Virus record (IMG/VR): IMGVR_UViG_3300028887_000085 | Location: 32,001-96,000 of that record | Strand: one strand, 5' to 3' | Origin: a virus | Taxonomy: Duplodnaviria > Caudoviricetes | Length of the DNA: 64,000 bases | In this document: in pieces, positions 36,576-46,754 of the stretch | Layout: every line of letters starts with the position of its first letter | How positions within the stretch are numbered: position 1 is the first letter of the stretch | Position numbers and translations under genes: made by a program | Notes under the pieces: model-generated | Database searches by the model: none | Seen by the model: the letters and a program-made list of their open reading frames with translations, nothing else | Told to the model about the DNA's origin: nothing

Positions 36576-37234
36576 GAAAACTTATATTGCCTATCCTGGC
36601 AATAATTTGCATCGCAGCGTCGCTGGCGGCGGGATGCGGTGTTCGGAAAGAAATACCGGAAGAGACGCCTGCGCCGACGCCGGAGCTTCTGGTCATCGAG
36701 AATGTGCGCACGGAATATGTGGAACTCCGGGAACCGGTTTTCATCGAAGTCCCCGTCATTGTGGAAAAGATCGAATATGTGACCGTGAAAGAAACCGTCA
36801 CGGAATACGTCAAGCAGTATGTGGAGGTCCCCTGCGGGACTGTCGGTAGGACGAGCCGATACGCAGGAATCGAACTGTCGGCGTGGGACGAAGAACTGCT
36901 GGCGAGACACGCATGGCGGGAAGCGCGGGGAGAAGGAATCCTGGGAATGCGTATGGTGATCGAAGTCGTTCTCAATCGCGTCCTCAGCCCCCATTTCCCG
37001 AACACGGTGGAGGAAGTCCTGTATCAGCCGGGGCAGTTCACGCCATACGGCGGTGCGCTGGAGCTAGAGGATATCACGCCGACTGAAGCGCAGTATGAGG
37101 CAGTGTCGATGGCTCTGAGCGAAACCCCTGTCACGGACGAGGACGTGGTATTCTTTGCCACCACGCCGCTTTACGGAGAGATATTCCTGCACGTCGGCGG
37201 TCATTACTTCACGCATTACCCGACGAATTGGTGA
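36569..37234 (+). CDS. SleB/CwlJ-type cell wall hydrolase with N-terminal signal
   Basis: EARGEG...VVLNRV..FPNTVEEVLYQPGQF...GGHYF; hydrophobic N-terminus ending LAAGC. Confidence 0.85.
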   Translation: MVRKLILPILAIICIAASLAAGCGVRKEIPEETPAPTPELLVIENVRTEYVELREPVFIEVPVIVEKIEYVTVKETVTEYVKQYVEVPCGTVGRTSRYAGIELSAWDEELLARHAWREARGEGILGMRMVIEVVLNRVLSPHFPNTVEEVLYQPGQFTPYGGALELEDITPTEAQYEAVSMALSETPVTDEDVVFFATTPLYGEIFLHVGGHYFTHYPTNW

Positions 37235-37252
37235 GGAAGGAGAGCGACGGAA

Positions 37253-37705
37253 ATGGCATTTATTCCTACGGGAGGAATCGTCAAGCTGTCTCAAAAAGGG
37301 CGGCTCGTATACGGCGAGGTGTCGCGGGAACCCCAGCTCGTACAGATGAAAAACGGAAACTACTTCTCCAAATTCAGCGTCGTGGCCGGGGCGGACGAGA
37401 AGGGCGAAAAACGGTATATCGACTGTAAGGTGTTCGGAAGCGGCCTTGTGAACTACTGCAAGGACCTTCAGCGCGGAGACCCCTTCTGCGGGATCGGAGA
37501 CCTTGAAAGCCGGGAATACAACGACAAGACCTACTGGGATCTGAAGCTGGCATGGGCCAACAGCCCGAACGTGGTGCCAGACATGGGACAGACGGCTGAT
37601 GCGATGGCGGCAAGCGTCAATGCTCCGTCGGCGCAGGCACCAGACGGAGGCGGGCCGCAGTTCTACGAAGCGGACGACGATGATGAAGGTGAACTTCCGT
37701 TCTGA
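37253..37705 (+). CDS. ssb: Single-stranded DNA-binding protein
   Basis: OB-fold pattern, C-terminal DDDDEGELPF. Confidence 0.85.
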   Translation: MAFIPTGGIVKLSQKGRLVYGEVSREPQLVQMKNGNYFSKFSVVAGADEKGEKRYIDCKVFGSGLVNYCKDLQRGDPFCGIGDLESREYNDKTYWDLKLAWANSPNVVPDMGQTADAMAASVNAPSAQAPDGGGPQFYEADDDDEGELPF

Positions 37706-37718
37706 GGAGGCATGGAGC

Positions 37719-38363
37719 ATGGCAATCTATCGAAATATCAGCATGAGCTTCTGGACGGACTCCAAGGTGGACGACGATTTCACACCGGAGGACAAATACT
37801 TCTATCTTTACCTTCTCACAAACCCCCATACGAACATCTGCGGTTGCTTCGAGATAAGCATGAAACAGATGTGCCGGGAGACCGGGTATAACGAAGATAC
37901 TGTCCGTCGGCTGCTGGACCGGATGGAACACCAGCACGAGGTCGTCCGCTACTCCCAGGCCACGAAAGAGGTGCTTATCGTCAACTGGCATAAGTACAAC
38001 TGGCCTGGCACAAACGGAGGACTGAGTACCGTATATACAGTGGCAAAGTCTGTGAAGGAAAAATCATTCAGGGATTATTTGGCGCTTATGCTCAACAAGC
38101 ATTCTTATTACGTGGATATCATCCCGTATGAAGAACCTGAAAAGCGCAACGAGAGGCTTTCCAAAGAATACGCTCATTGGAGAATGGCGGTTTTCAAAAG
38201 AGACAGATTCTGCTGCAAGAATTGCGGAACAACTCAAAATCCACTCAATGCTCATCATAAGCAGCCGTGGGCAAAATATCCTGACCTTCGCTATGACATC
38301 AATAACGGCATCACTCTCTGCGAAGGCTGCCACAAGAAAATTCACCGCAGAAAAGGAAAATAA
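37719..38363 (+). CDS. Replication-initiator N-terminal domain fused to HNH
   Basis: MAIYRNISMSFWTD...YLLTNPHTN; C-terminal VFKRDRFCCKNCG..AHH..NGITLCEGCH. Confidence 0.8.
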   Translation: MAIYRNISMSFWTDSKVDDDFTPEDKYFYLYLLTNPHTNICGCFEISMKQMCRETGYNEDTVRRLLDRMEHQHEVVRYSQATKEVLIVNWHKYNWPGTNGGLSTVYTVAKSVKEKSFRDYLALMLNKHSYYVDIIPYEEPEKRNERLSKEYAHWRMAVFKRDRFCCKNCGTTQNPLNAHHKQPWAKYPDLRYDINNGITLCEGCHKKIHRRKGK

Positions 38364-38365
38364 CT

Positions 38366-39061
38366 ATGCCGAATCGAATCCTTAAAGAAAGCATAAGGAC
38401 AAGTAAAAAGGTGAATGCTCTGTCGGATTTCGATTATCGGGTTTGGTCGTATCTCATCACGTATGTGGATGATTACGGACGGGGAAGCGCCGATCCTGAA
38501 CTGCTGAAAGGCATCGTGTTTCCACGGCGAAAGGGTATTACTGAAGCCCAGATCAAAAAGGCAATAGATAATCTGGCGAGTGCCGGTATGGTGATTCTCT
38601 ATGAGGTAGACGATGAACTGTACCTGTACTTTCCGAATTGGTCGAAGCACCAGCAGATCAGGGCGAAGAAGAGCAAATACCCGGAGCCTGAAAACATCTG
38701 CAATCAAGTGATATCAGACGATGGCAATAGTCCCCGTAATCGAGAATCGGAATCGAATACGGAATCCGAATACGAATCGGAATCGAATACGAATAGTGCC
38801 CGCGCAAGCGCCAGCAGATTCAAACCGCCGACGGTGGAAGAAGTCGCGGACTATTGCAGGGAGCGCAAAAACCGCGTCGATCCGCAGAGATTCGTTGACT
38901 ACTACACGGCAAACGGATGGAGAGTCGGGAAGAACGCGATGAAAGACTGGAAAGCTGCCGTGCGGACTTGGGAGAAAAACGACAAGGGGAACGGCGGAGG
39001 AGGAAGCACGAAGCCGTTCAAATACGAATACGGAAATGACGCGGACACGCTTCCGTTCTAG
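38366..39061 (+). CDS. Phage replication initiator
   Basis: MPNRILKESI..DDYGR; FKPPTVEEV..FVDYYTANGW..MKDWKAAVRTW. Confidence 0.85.
   Translation: MPNRILKESIRTSKKVNALSDFDYRVWSYLITYVDDYGRGSADPELLKGIVFPRRKGITEAQIKKAIDNLASAGMVILYEVDDELYLYFPNWSKHQQIRAKKSKYPEPENICNQVISDDGNSPRNRESESNTESEYESESNTNSARASASRFKPPTVEEVADYCRERKNRVDPQRFVDYYTANGWRVGKNAMKDWKAAVRTWEKNDKGNGGGGSTKPFKYEYGNDADTLPF
38744..38794. repeat. Iteron-like repeats (putative origin) inside the initiator gene
   Basis: GAATCGGAATCGAATACG at 38744 and 38774, plus GAATCCGAATACG. Confidence 0.65.
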
Positions 39062-39074
39062 GGGGTGAGAAGAA

Positions 39075-39932
39075 ATGCTGACGAGCTTCGGAGATATCGT
39101 CCGGAAATCGCTGGAATCGGTGATCGACATGCCTGCGACGGAGGAAGCGGGGGACTTTCGGGACGAGGAAGGGATGCTCTGCTGCGGGAAATGCGGGAGA
39201 CCGAAGGAAGCGAAGGTCGAGCTCTTCGGCATATTGCGGACGGTGCCCTGCGCCTGCGCCTGCCGCATGGAAGAATGGAACCGGAAGGAAGCGGAATTCA
39301 AGGAGCGTCAGCGCCAGATCGCCATTCGCCAGCTCCGGGTCAACGGCATACAGGACGAGGGCCTTCGGGACCGGCGATTCGATGAAGCGGAAATGACGCC
39401 GCAGCTTGAGCGATGCAGATACTACGCGGATCACTTCGAGGAATTCAAGGCGGAGAACATCGGTATGATATTCTGCGGCCCCGTCGGTAACGGAAAGACC
39501 TTCGCCGCCGCCTGCATCGCCAACGCCCTGATCGACAGAGGCATCCCCGTGCTCATGACGAGCTTCCCCCGCATCCTCAACTCCGGATACGAGAAGAACG
39601 ACCTGGTGCGGGAAGCACAGGCATTCGACCTCGTGATAATCGACGATCTCGGTACGGAGCGGCAGAGCGAATACGCGCTGGAAACGGTCTACTACTTCCT
39701 GGACGAGCGGTACAAAAGCGGAAAGCCCACCATCATAACGACCAACCTTGGGAAAAGCGACATCGAAAACCCGCGCAACATGGACTATAAGCGCATCTAC
39801 GACAGAGTGCTGGAAATGTGCCTCCCCATGACCTTCCCTGCGCGTGACCGGCGGAAGGAAATGGCGGAAGCGAAAGGCAGACGGGCGAAAGAACTCATGA
39901 AGAAGATTTCCGACGCGGAAACCGGGGAGTGA
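39075..39932 (+). CDS. DnaC/IstB-like AAA+ helicase loader
   Basis: GPVGNGKT Walker A, IIDDLG Walker B, IITTN, RIYDR. Confidence 0.9.
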   Translation: MLTSFGDIVRKSLESVIDMPATEEAGDFRDEEGMLCCGKCGRPKEAKVELFGILRTVPCACACRMEEWNRKEAEFKERQRQIAIRQLRVNGIQDEGLRDRRFDEAEMTPQLERCRYYADHFEEFKAENIGMIFCGPVGNGKTFAAACIANALIDRGIPVLMTSFPRILNSGYEKNDLVREAQAFDLVIIDDLGTERQSEYALETVYYFLDERYKSGKPTIITTNLGKSDIENPRNMDYKRIYDRVLEMCLPMTFPARDRRKEMAEAKGRRAKELMKKISDAETGE

Positions 39933-40321
39933 ATGCCATGAGCTACGGGACCAGATACAGCCGCCACCGGGGATGGTGGGGATACATGAAGTTTATCGTG
40001 AGGAAATACGGATTCCTTTACGACACGGAGACGGAAGGGATGGAAAAGCGGGAAATGGAGGCCGTGGCCCGCGCCATCGACACGACGCTCGACCTTCGTG
40101 ACGGGCGGAACCGCATCGAACTCATCGAGCTCATATTCTGGAGGCGAAGCCACAATCTCGCAGGTGCGGCGCTGAAGCTGGGAGTATCGGACCGGACGGC
40201 GCTGCGGTGGCACGGGGAATTCATCAAAGCCGTGGCGCGGGAATTCTTCGGAGACGACGCAATCGACTACGAGAAGAAGGAAAACACGGAGGAAGAAAAT
40301 GAAAATCAAAGTCAAGCTTGA
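39929..40321 (+). CDS. ArpU/RinA-like late activator
   Basis: LIELIFW...GAALKLGVSDRTALRW..FIKAVA; position before the late genes. Confidence 0.6.
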   Translation: MNAMSYGTRYSRHRGWWGYMKFIVRKYGFLYDTETEGMEKREMEAVARAIDTTLDLRDGRNRIELIELIFWRRSHNLAGAALKLGVSDRTALRWHGEFIKAVAREFFGDDAIDYEKKENTEEENENQSQA

Positions 40322-40718
40322 CCCCGGAAGCTATCTCCCGACGAAGGGCCACGAGGACGACGCGGGATGGGACCTGTACGCAAAAGAATCCTTTACCGTT
40401 CCGGCAGGCGGGAGCGCCGTACATGACACCGGCGTACACATGGCGATCCCCAAAGGCTATTGCGGTCTGATCGTAAGCAAAAGCGGCCTGAACGTGAAAA
40501 AGAACATTACCTGCCGGGGATTAGTGGACGCCGGTTACGTTGGCAGCATCGTGGCGAAGCTGGATAACAGCGACGACGGAAGAGCCCATGCGTTCAAGGC
40601 CGGGGAGAAGATCACACAGATCGTCATTCTTCCAATCCCTGATGTGGAGCTGGAAGTCGTGAGCGAACTGGAAGAGACCGAGCGGGGAAGCGGCGGCTTC
40701 GGGAGCACCGGGCGCTGA
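40299..40718 (+). CDS. dut: dUTPase (trimeric)
   Basis: AGWDL, KSG, GLVDAGYVG, ITQ, RGSGGFGSTG. Confidence 0.95.
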   Translation: MKIKVKLDPGSYLPTKGHEDDAGWDLYAKESFTVPAGGSAVHDTGVHMAIPKGYCGLIVSKSGLNVKKNITCRGLVDAGYVGSIVAKLDNSDDGRAHAFKAGEKITQIVILPIPDVELEVVSELEETERGSGGFGSTGR

Positions 40719-41101
40719 TGGAATTTGACACGGAACGCGACGCCGGGAAGCTGTATTGGGTAAAAGACGGAGAGTACCGGGAAATTGGGAAAATTTCAGA
40801 CATGTCTCTTGAAACCATTGCGGAACCAACCGACGAGGACGCGAAAGAGTTCCCCATATTTTTCCCAAAAGATGCGGAGTTCTCCATAACGGTAGATGTC
40901 ACCTCAGTTTGGCCGGAAGCCGTCACAGAAAAGCTGAAGCTCAAATGTAACAGCCGAAAGAAATTCAAGAAGCTGTTAATGAGCGTCGGATATAGCAGAA
41001 ACGAAGCGGAGCTTTATCCGTTTTTTGCGGTTCCTGCTTATGGAAGCTACCGAAAAGCGTGGAAAGCAACGGTACTCTCCACGGTGGACTGGGTGTTCTG
41101 A
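40718..41101 (+). CDS. Hypothetical protein
   Basis: 127 aa; SRKKFKKLLMS.GYSRN. Confidence 0.7.
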   Translation: MEFDTERDAGKLYWVKDGEYREIGKISDMSLETIAEPTDEDAKEFPIFFPKDAEFSITVDVTSVWPEAVTEKLKLKCNSRKKFKKLLMSVGYSRNEAELYPFFAVPAYGSYRKAWKATVLSTVDWVF

Positions 41102-41102
41102 C

Positions 41103-41303
41103 ATGGCTCAGAGGATCAAGTGCGAAGTCTGCGGAAACGCCTACTACGACAGCGTGGCCGGGGAGTGCCCATTGAAGCCTGGGCATTTCATCTGCATGTA
41201 CTGCTGCCACCGCAAACGCAAGCGTAGCTATCTGTGGAATGGGATGCAGCGGTGCAAGGCAAAGGAAGAAACAAAAGGAAAACGCAAGGACGAACAAAAA
41301 TAG
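41103..41303 (+). CDS. Small Cys-rich protein
   Basis: CEVC..CP..CMYCC. Confidence 0.55.
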   Translation: MAQRIKCEVCGNAYYDSVAGECPLKPGHFICMYCCHRKRKRSYLWNGMQRCKAKEETKGKRKDEQK

Positions 41304-41400
41304 AACTTGGCATTAAAACGCAGAGCGGCACTATCAGACTGATAGCGTGGAGCATTGGAAGCTTCGCGCTATCAGTCTTTTTGTTTATCGGAGGGATACG

Positions 41401-42357
41401 GTGCAGATACCGGAGAGCGCAAAACAGCCGGAAGTGAACGAAAGGTTTTTGGACCTGGCTTCCGTCGTGGGCGGAGATATCGCCCTCTTTTGCCTGTGTG
41501 CCGCTTATGACCTCCCGCTGTACACCGATCAGCCGGTGCCGACCTGGGACGCCTATCTGGAGATCCTTCGAGAGAAGGGAAGAACAGAAACCTTCATCGA
41601 CGGGGAGACGGACGTGGAAACCGTGCTTCTCCAAGGCGCTACCGAGATGGAGCGCTGGGAGCGGGACTGGGGAACCGGAGACCCGGACAAGCCCTATACC
41701 GCCCAGGATTACAAAGCGCTGGACAGCATCTTCCGGACCTATTCCGCTCGCCTGGACGCGGCGGGCGGCATGGACGCCCAGCAGGAAGACACGCTGCGCT
41801 ACTGCAGCAGTATGCGCCTTCTGCGGGACAAGTGCATTGCCAAGGGTGATACGGACAGCATCAAGAGAGCCGCGACGCTGGACAAGATGATCCAGGACGG
41901 CTTCTCTGCCGAGAACCTGCGGAAGAAGGACGCAAAGCCCATCGAAAACGCCAGGGTGGACGGCATCATCGACGCCATGCAGAGGAAGTACGGCGTCAGC
42001 GCAGAAATGACGAAGGCACAGTTCCTCGAAGTCTTCTTCAAATGGTGCCACAGCAAGCGCTATCCGGAAACGGTGGACGCCGCCGAATACGCCATGCAGG
42101 CGATCATCAACACCATGAGGGCCAACAACGACATGCCGGAGCTGCCGGAGCTTCCCAAGGAAGCCAGCGGCATGGGCGACTATGCAGAGGAATTCGCGGC
42201 GGAGCCCAACGAAACGGAGCAGGAAGTTTACGCATACCTCAACCTCACCCGAAAAGACGGATGGGAACCGAAGCCGGAGGACCCGTCCCCCGTCGAGCCT
42301 GTGAAGGTGCCGGACGTGATAAGCGAATTCGGGGAGGAAGGGTTTTATACGGACTGA
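41401..42357 (+). CDS. Putative terminase small subunit / packaging-associated protein
   Basis: GGAGG RBS, GTG start; function inferred only from position before TerL. Confidence 0.5.
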   Translation: MQIPESAKQPEVNERFLDLASVVGGDIALFCLCAAYDLPLYTDQPVPTWDAYLEILREKGRTETFIDGETDVETVLLQGATEMERWERDWGTGDPDKPYTAQDYKALDSIFRTYSARLDAAGGMDAQQEDTLRYCSSMRLLRDKCIAKGDTDSIKRAATLDKMIQDGFSAENLRKKDAKPIENARVDGIIDAMQRKYGVSAEMTKAQFLEVFFKWCHSKRYPETVDAAEYAMQAIINTMRANNDMPELPELPKEASGMGDYAEEFAAEPNETEQEVYAYLNLTRKDGWEPKPEDPSPVEPVKVPDVISEFGEEGFYTD

Positions 42358-42369
42358 CGGGTACGGAAC

Positions 42370-44199
42370 ATGGGATTTCATCGAAGAGCCTATACATGGT
42401 CTCCGGGTACAGGCTGGGTAAAGAAGCAATACTCGGAGAAGTACGCATACGAAAACCTGGGCGACGGGTGGGTTTTCTTCATGGCGGCCTGCCGATGGTT
42501 CCCGGATTTTCTGGCTGACCTCTGCCGGGCGGATGACGCCAACTATGAGCTGCCAATCCTGCACCGGGTCAATATGCGGGCCAAGGCAAATTTCCAATAC
42601 GTCGATCTCACAGAAGGGCGCGGCGCAGGAAAAAGCCACAGCTCCATCTTGGAGGAAGAGACAGAGCAGGTCACATGGCCGGGGATCAAAACGCTATACA
42701 GCGGGCCGAGCCTCATACAGACCTCTGCCATCGGGAGAGATACCCACAGAGCCATCGAGCATGACTACCCGATCCTGACGGCCCATTTTCAGACGGACAG
42801 CTCCAGCAAGGCAGACTTCGCCATTTCCACGGCGGACTACGGAAGCAGCTTTTCCATCACCGGGAAGCGGGGCATGAACCTGCACAAGAGCGTGGCGGAA
42901 GAGCTGGCACAATCTGACGGGGGAGTGAAATTCGACGAAGACGATTATATCCAGATCGTCCTTCCCGCAGTTCGACTCCGGTACGTCGTCAAGGGGAAAA
43001 TCAGCCCCGCCTATATCCCCTTCAAGCAGCACAGCATCACATCCGCCGGACGGCGGCAGAGCTACGCCTACGAAAACCGATGCCGACACCTGACCATGAT
43101 GAAAAGAGGCGAAAGCGCCTTTGTCATGGACGTGCCTTACGACGTGCTGCTGCTGAATCAGATGCGCCCGGTCTCCTGGGCGGAGAGCCGAAAAAACGAG
43201 CTTACGCCCGACCAATTCGCAAGAGAACTCTGCAGCATCTACACGGGGACAGACAGCTTCCCCATGGTATCCGATTCCACGCTGACAGACTCCCGAAGCC
43301 TGCTCATGACAGAGAGCCATAGCTGCCTGAAGGACAGAGATAACAGCCTTCTGCCGAAAGACGTGATCTACGTCGTGGGCTACGACGTGAGCTACGCCGA
43401 CGGACCGATCAACGCCAGATGCGCCTGCGTCGTGCTCAAGCTCACCCGGCAGACGAGCATGATGCGGCGGGACAAATACCTCAAGCAGGTCGTATACGTC
43501 AACGACTGGAAGCCGACGCCCGATCTGGACCAGGCACGGAAGATCAAAAAGATTTGGGACAGCTTTTGCTTCGACGGCGCGGAATGCTTCCTCGCAGTGG
43601 ACGCATGGCAATTCGGGACCGCCGTGCTCACTTGCCTTATGCAGGATATCGGGGACGGTCTTCCCCCGCTGTGCTCTTACAATCACGAGTTCCAGACAGC
43701 CTATGAGATTCCGGGAGCGCTTCCCGTTCTTTACCCCATAAAGGCAGGCGGACTCGGCGTAACCGACCCGGATCAGGACATGGTGCGGTATGCGCAGACG
43801 CAGTTTGAGTACCGAAACGTGCAGCTCCTGACTTCCAACTGGCAGAGCGGATTGGAAACCTACAAGAAATATCACCGAATCCGGGACGACCGGAGCGACG
43901 GAGAAATCTACATTCCCTACCGAAAGACGAGCGAGCTGGTGGGGCAGATTCAAAACCTCAAGGTCATCAACGGCGTGGAGAAGAGGATCAGCCAGCACAT
44001 CCAGCGCGATAGCTGGTCCGCCCTGAAATACGCACTGCGGGTGGCGCAGAGGCTGGAGTGGCAGAACCTGGTCAAGCGCCAGGTCAAGAGCGACTACGAC
44101 GACCTGATCCGCAAGTACGAGCAAATGCAGCAGCCGACGGTCACGACGGGAGGCAGAAGCAGGCTAGTGACGGCGAGGACGGGAGGCAGAGTATTTTGA
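42370..44199 (+). CDS. terL: Terminase large subunit
   Basis: EGRGAGKS Walker A, VAEE Walker-B-like, ITSAG, VVGYDVS and RDSWSAL nuclease motifs. Confidence 0.85.
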   Translation: MGFHRRAYTWSPGTGWVKKQYSEKYAYENLGDGWVFFMAACRWFPDFLADLCRADDANYELPILHRVNMRAKANFQYVDLTEGRGAGKSHSSILEEETEQVTWPGIKTLYSGPSLIQTSAIGRDTHRAIEHDYPILTAHFQTDSSSKADFAISTADYGSSFSITGKRGMNLHKSVAEELAQSDGGVKFDEDDYIQIVLPAVRLRYVVKGKISPAYIPFKQHSITSAGRRQSYAYENRCRHLTMMKRGESAFVMDVPYDVLLLNQMRPVSWAESRKNELTPDQFARELCSIYTGTDSFPMVSDSTLTDSRSLLMTESHSCLKDRDNSLLPKDVIYVVGYDVSYADGPINARCACVVLKLTRQTSMMRRDKYLKQVVYVNDWKPTPDLDQARKIKKIWDSFCFDGAECFLAVDAWQFGTAVLTCLMQDIGDGLPPLCSYNHEFQTAYEIPGALPVLYPIKAGGLGVTDPDQDMVRYAQTQFEYRNVQLLTSNWQSGLETYKKYHRIRDDRSDGEIYIPYRKTSELVGQIQNLKVINGVEKRISQHIQRDSWSALKYALRVAQRLEWQNLVKRQVKSDYDDLIRKYEQMQQPTVTTGGRSRLVTARTGGRVF

Positions 44200-44540
44200 A
44201 CAAATACCACCTTTACGCGATGGCGACCAAACCGGAGACCATCGACGGAATGGGACATCAGAGATTCAGCAGGATCACGCCGGAATACACGCTGGTCTAC
44301 ACGGACGGAGATCAGCCGAAGAACAGCTATGAACTGTCTGAAGCGGAAGCCGCAAGGCTGACGAAAGCGGACGAAAGCTGGGTGCGTAGCTGCAACATCA
44401 CCCTCATCAAGGAAGAGATCGAGCGGCAGAAGCCGGAAATGCTGCGGAAGATTTCCGAAACGATGGAGCGGCTGGAAAGCATCCTCCGGGAGATGGAAGA
44501 AGAATCCCGCAGCGAGGCGCAGGACAGCGACAACGAATAA
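44196..44540 (+). CDS. Hypothetical protein
   Basis: TTG start overlapping the terL stop, GGAGG RBS. Confidence 0.65.
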   Translation: MNKYHLYAMATKPETIDGMGHQRFSRITPEYTLVYTDGDQPKNSYELSEAEAARLTKADESWVRSCNITLIKEEIERQKPEMLRKISETMERLESILREMEEESRSEAQDSDNE

Positions 44541-44560
44541 AAGCGAAGGAGGGAAAGACC

Positions 44561-46288
44561 GTGGCGGCTGACCTTAGAGAACTGAGAAAAATGCAATACG
44601 GCTCCTTCCCGGAGATTTTCGACAAGATCCGCAGCATGGCTGCGGAATACAGCGTGCCGGTGCAGAGCCTCGTGCAGCTCTTCGGCTACAGCGGGGCATA
44701 TGCGGCAAGCCCGCAGGTGATGAACCGGCGATTCGAGACCATCGGGACATCCCCCATCAACTTCGGCAAAGACCAGGTGGCGGAGATGCTGCGGCATCCG
44801 CAGCAGAACGAGCCGGAGCTGAGGGAAGCTTCCCGCAGCCTGGACTACACCAACTACACCTACCGCCACATGCGGCGCACCTACTCCAGCCTGCTGACCT
44901 ATCACAACTACATCACCCCCACCCTGACGGAAGCCGGTGACATGAACGACGCTTTCTGGCGGGAATACCGGCTGGCGGAGAAGCTGCGCAAGGTCATGAA
45001 GCCGCAGGAGCTGGCCCGAGAGGCCGGAGCGAAATCCATGCTGGAAGGGAAGACCTTCTGGACATACCGCGTCTCTGCCGACAAGAGCCGCAACCGCATC
45101 AACTACGCCTTCTACCAGCAGCTCCCCTCCGAGTGGATCAAGATCGTCGGACGGAACAACGTGAGCAAATATACCCTGGCCTTCGACATGATGTATTTCT
45201 GCCAGCCGGGGACGGACGTGCGGCAGTTCCCGGAGGGGCTTTTCGATAATTTCTGGAACGACTTCAACAGCCTCGTCACCCCGGCACCCCGGCGGGAAGG
45301 GGGCAGGGTGGTCTACGCCGCCAAGACCGGCATCGACATGAGCAAGGTAAGGGAGATCGACCCGGACGCCGAAGTCCTGCGGGAGAACGGCAGATGGTAC
45401 TACTGGGTGACGCTGCCCGTGGACAAGGCATTCACCATCGAAGTGGACGAAGGACTGCCGGAAGTGACGCCGCCGCTGGCGGGACTCTTTATCTCCCTTC
45501 TGCAATTCGCGGATCTGGAAGCCATCCAGCTCGCCCTCTATCAGAACCCCCTGGTGGGATTCGTCCACGGCGAGATTCCCTACTTCGAGTCGAAGGACAC
45601 CAACACCGCCGACCAATACAAGCTCTCCAACGGAGGAAGGATACTCTTCACAGAACTGTGGAATCAGCTCATGGCGGCATACAACACCGGCGGCGTCCCC
45701 ATCTATTTCGCCCCGGCAGAGAACATGAAGCTGGAGACCTTCAACGAAGTCTCTTCCACCTCGGAGATCGTGAGCCAGGGGAATTCGGACATCATCACCC
45801 AGGCCGGTCTCAGCGGACTTATCCCGGCCTCCGACGAAGCGAGAGCCGGGGCGGCGCAGATTTCCTTCCAGATCGAGGGAAAGTATCTCGCCCCGATCTA
45901 CGCGGGCGTGGAGCGGCTGATGGCCTGCGCCATTGCCGACCTGCGGCTGAGGAACGATTTCGAGTTTCACATGTTCGGCGACCTCTACATGGACAATCAG
46001 CTCGAAAAACAGCTCAGGAGCGACATGACGCTGGGGATTCTTCCCGCAGCGATCCAATACAACGCACTCCACGACCGCAGCCTGCTGGACGACATCTGCT
46101 GGAGCGACATGGTGGCGAAGAGCGGGATCATGGACAAGCGCCTGCCTCTCGTCTCCACATACTCTGCGAAACAGTCGGAAAGCAATCTGCCCCCGCAGGC
46201 AGCCCACGACATGAACCCCGGCGGCAGGCCGGAGGCGGAGGGCATCACCAGCGACGGGCAGGAGAACGACGTGGACAGCATCGGTTAA
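44561..46288 (+). CDS. Portal protein
   Basis: 575 aa after TerL; C-terminal GGRP; synteny. Confidence 0.75.
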   Translation: MAADLRELRKMQYGSFPEIFDKIRSMAAEYSVPVQSLVQLFGYSGAYAASPQVMNRRFETIGTSPINFGKDQVAEMLRHPQQNEPELREASRSLDYTNYTYRHMRRTYSSLLTYHNYITPTLTEAGDMNDAFWREYRLAEKLRKVMKPQELAREAGAKSMLEGKTFWTYRVSADKSRNRINYAFYQQLPSEWIKIVGRNNVSKYTLAFDMMYFCQPGTDVRQFPEGLFDNFWNDFNSLVTPAPRREGGRVVYAAKTGIDMSKVREIDPDAEVLRENGRWYYWVTLPVDKAFTIEVDEGLPEVTPPLAGLFISLLQFADLEAIQLALYQNPLVGFVHGEIPYFESKDTNTADQYKLSNGGRILFTELWNQLMAAYNTGGVPIYFAPAENMKLETFNEVSSTSEIVSQGNSDIITQAGLSGLIPASDEARAGAAQISFQIEGKYLAPIYAGVERLMACAIADLRLRNDFEFHMFGDLYMDNQLEKQLRSDMTLGILPAAIQYNALHDRSLLDDICWSDMVAKSGIMDKRLPLVSTYSAKQSESNLPPQAAHDMNPGGRPEAEGITSDGQENDVDSIG

Positions 46289-46301
46289 GGAGGAAACAAA
46301 G

Positions 46302-46538
46302 ATGAAAAAGTGGTCTGACAATCTTCCGGACTGGCTCATCCGCAGCCTGAAGACTGCCGTTCAGGCTTTCGGCTCCGTGCTGGTGCCGGAGCTCGTGGTG
46401 ATTTTGCAGGGAGGCTGGCCGGAGAGCTGGTCGGCCCTGTGGGCGGTACTTTCCCCGGTGGTATCCGCCGCGCTGGCAGCCGCGATCTGCGCGGCCTGGA
46501 ACATCATCCTTGAGCGGACGAGGGAGAAAACGGAATGA
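46302..46538 (+). CDS. Holin-like membrane protein
   Basis: WLIRSLKTAVQAF resembles r1t-type holins; two hydrophobic segments. Confidence 0.55.
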   Translation: MKKWSDNLPDWLIRSLKTAVQAFGSVLVPELVVILQGGWPESWSALWAVLSPVVSAALAAAICAAWNIILERTREKTE

Positions 46539-46735
46539 ACATCAAGCGCAATGTGGTGGAACGCCTGTACGTCGTTCACGCCAAGATCGGGGACGGAAAG
46601 TATCAGTTCCGCGTCCAGGCGGAGAGCGACGAATCTGCGAAGATTAAGGCGGAAAGGGCAATGAAGCTGAGATTCGCCGACAAGAAATACAACGTCACCG
46701 AGGTCGAGGAAATCGAGCCGGAGGACTTTGTGTAA
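46535..46735 (+). CDS. Hypothetical protein
   Basis: 66 aa, coupled. Confidence 0.6.
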   Translation: MNIKRNVVERLYVVHAKIGDGKYQFRVQAESDESAKIKAERAMKLRFADKKYNVTEVEEIEPEDFV

Positions 46736-46754
46736 CAGCAAGGAGGAGAAGGGA

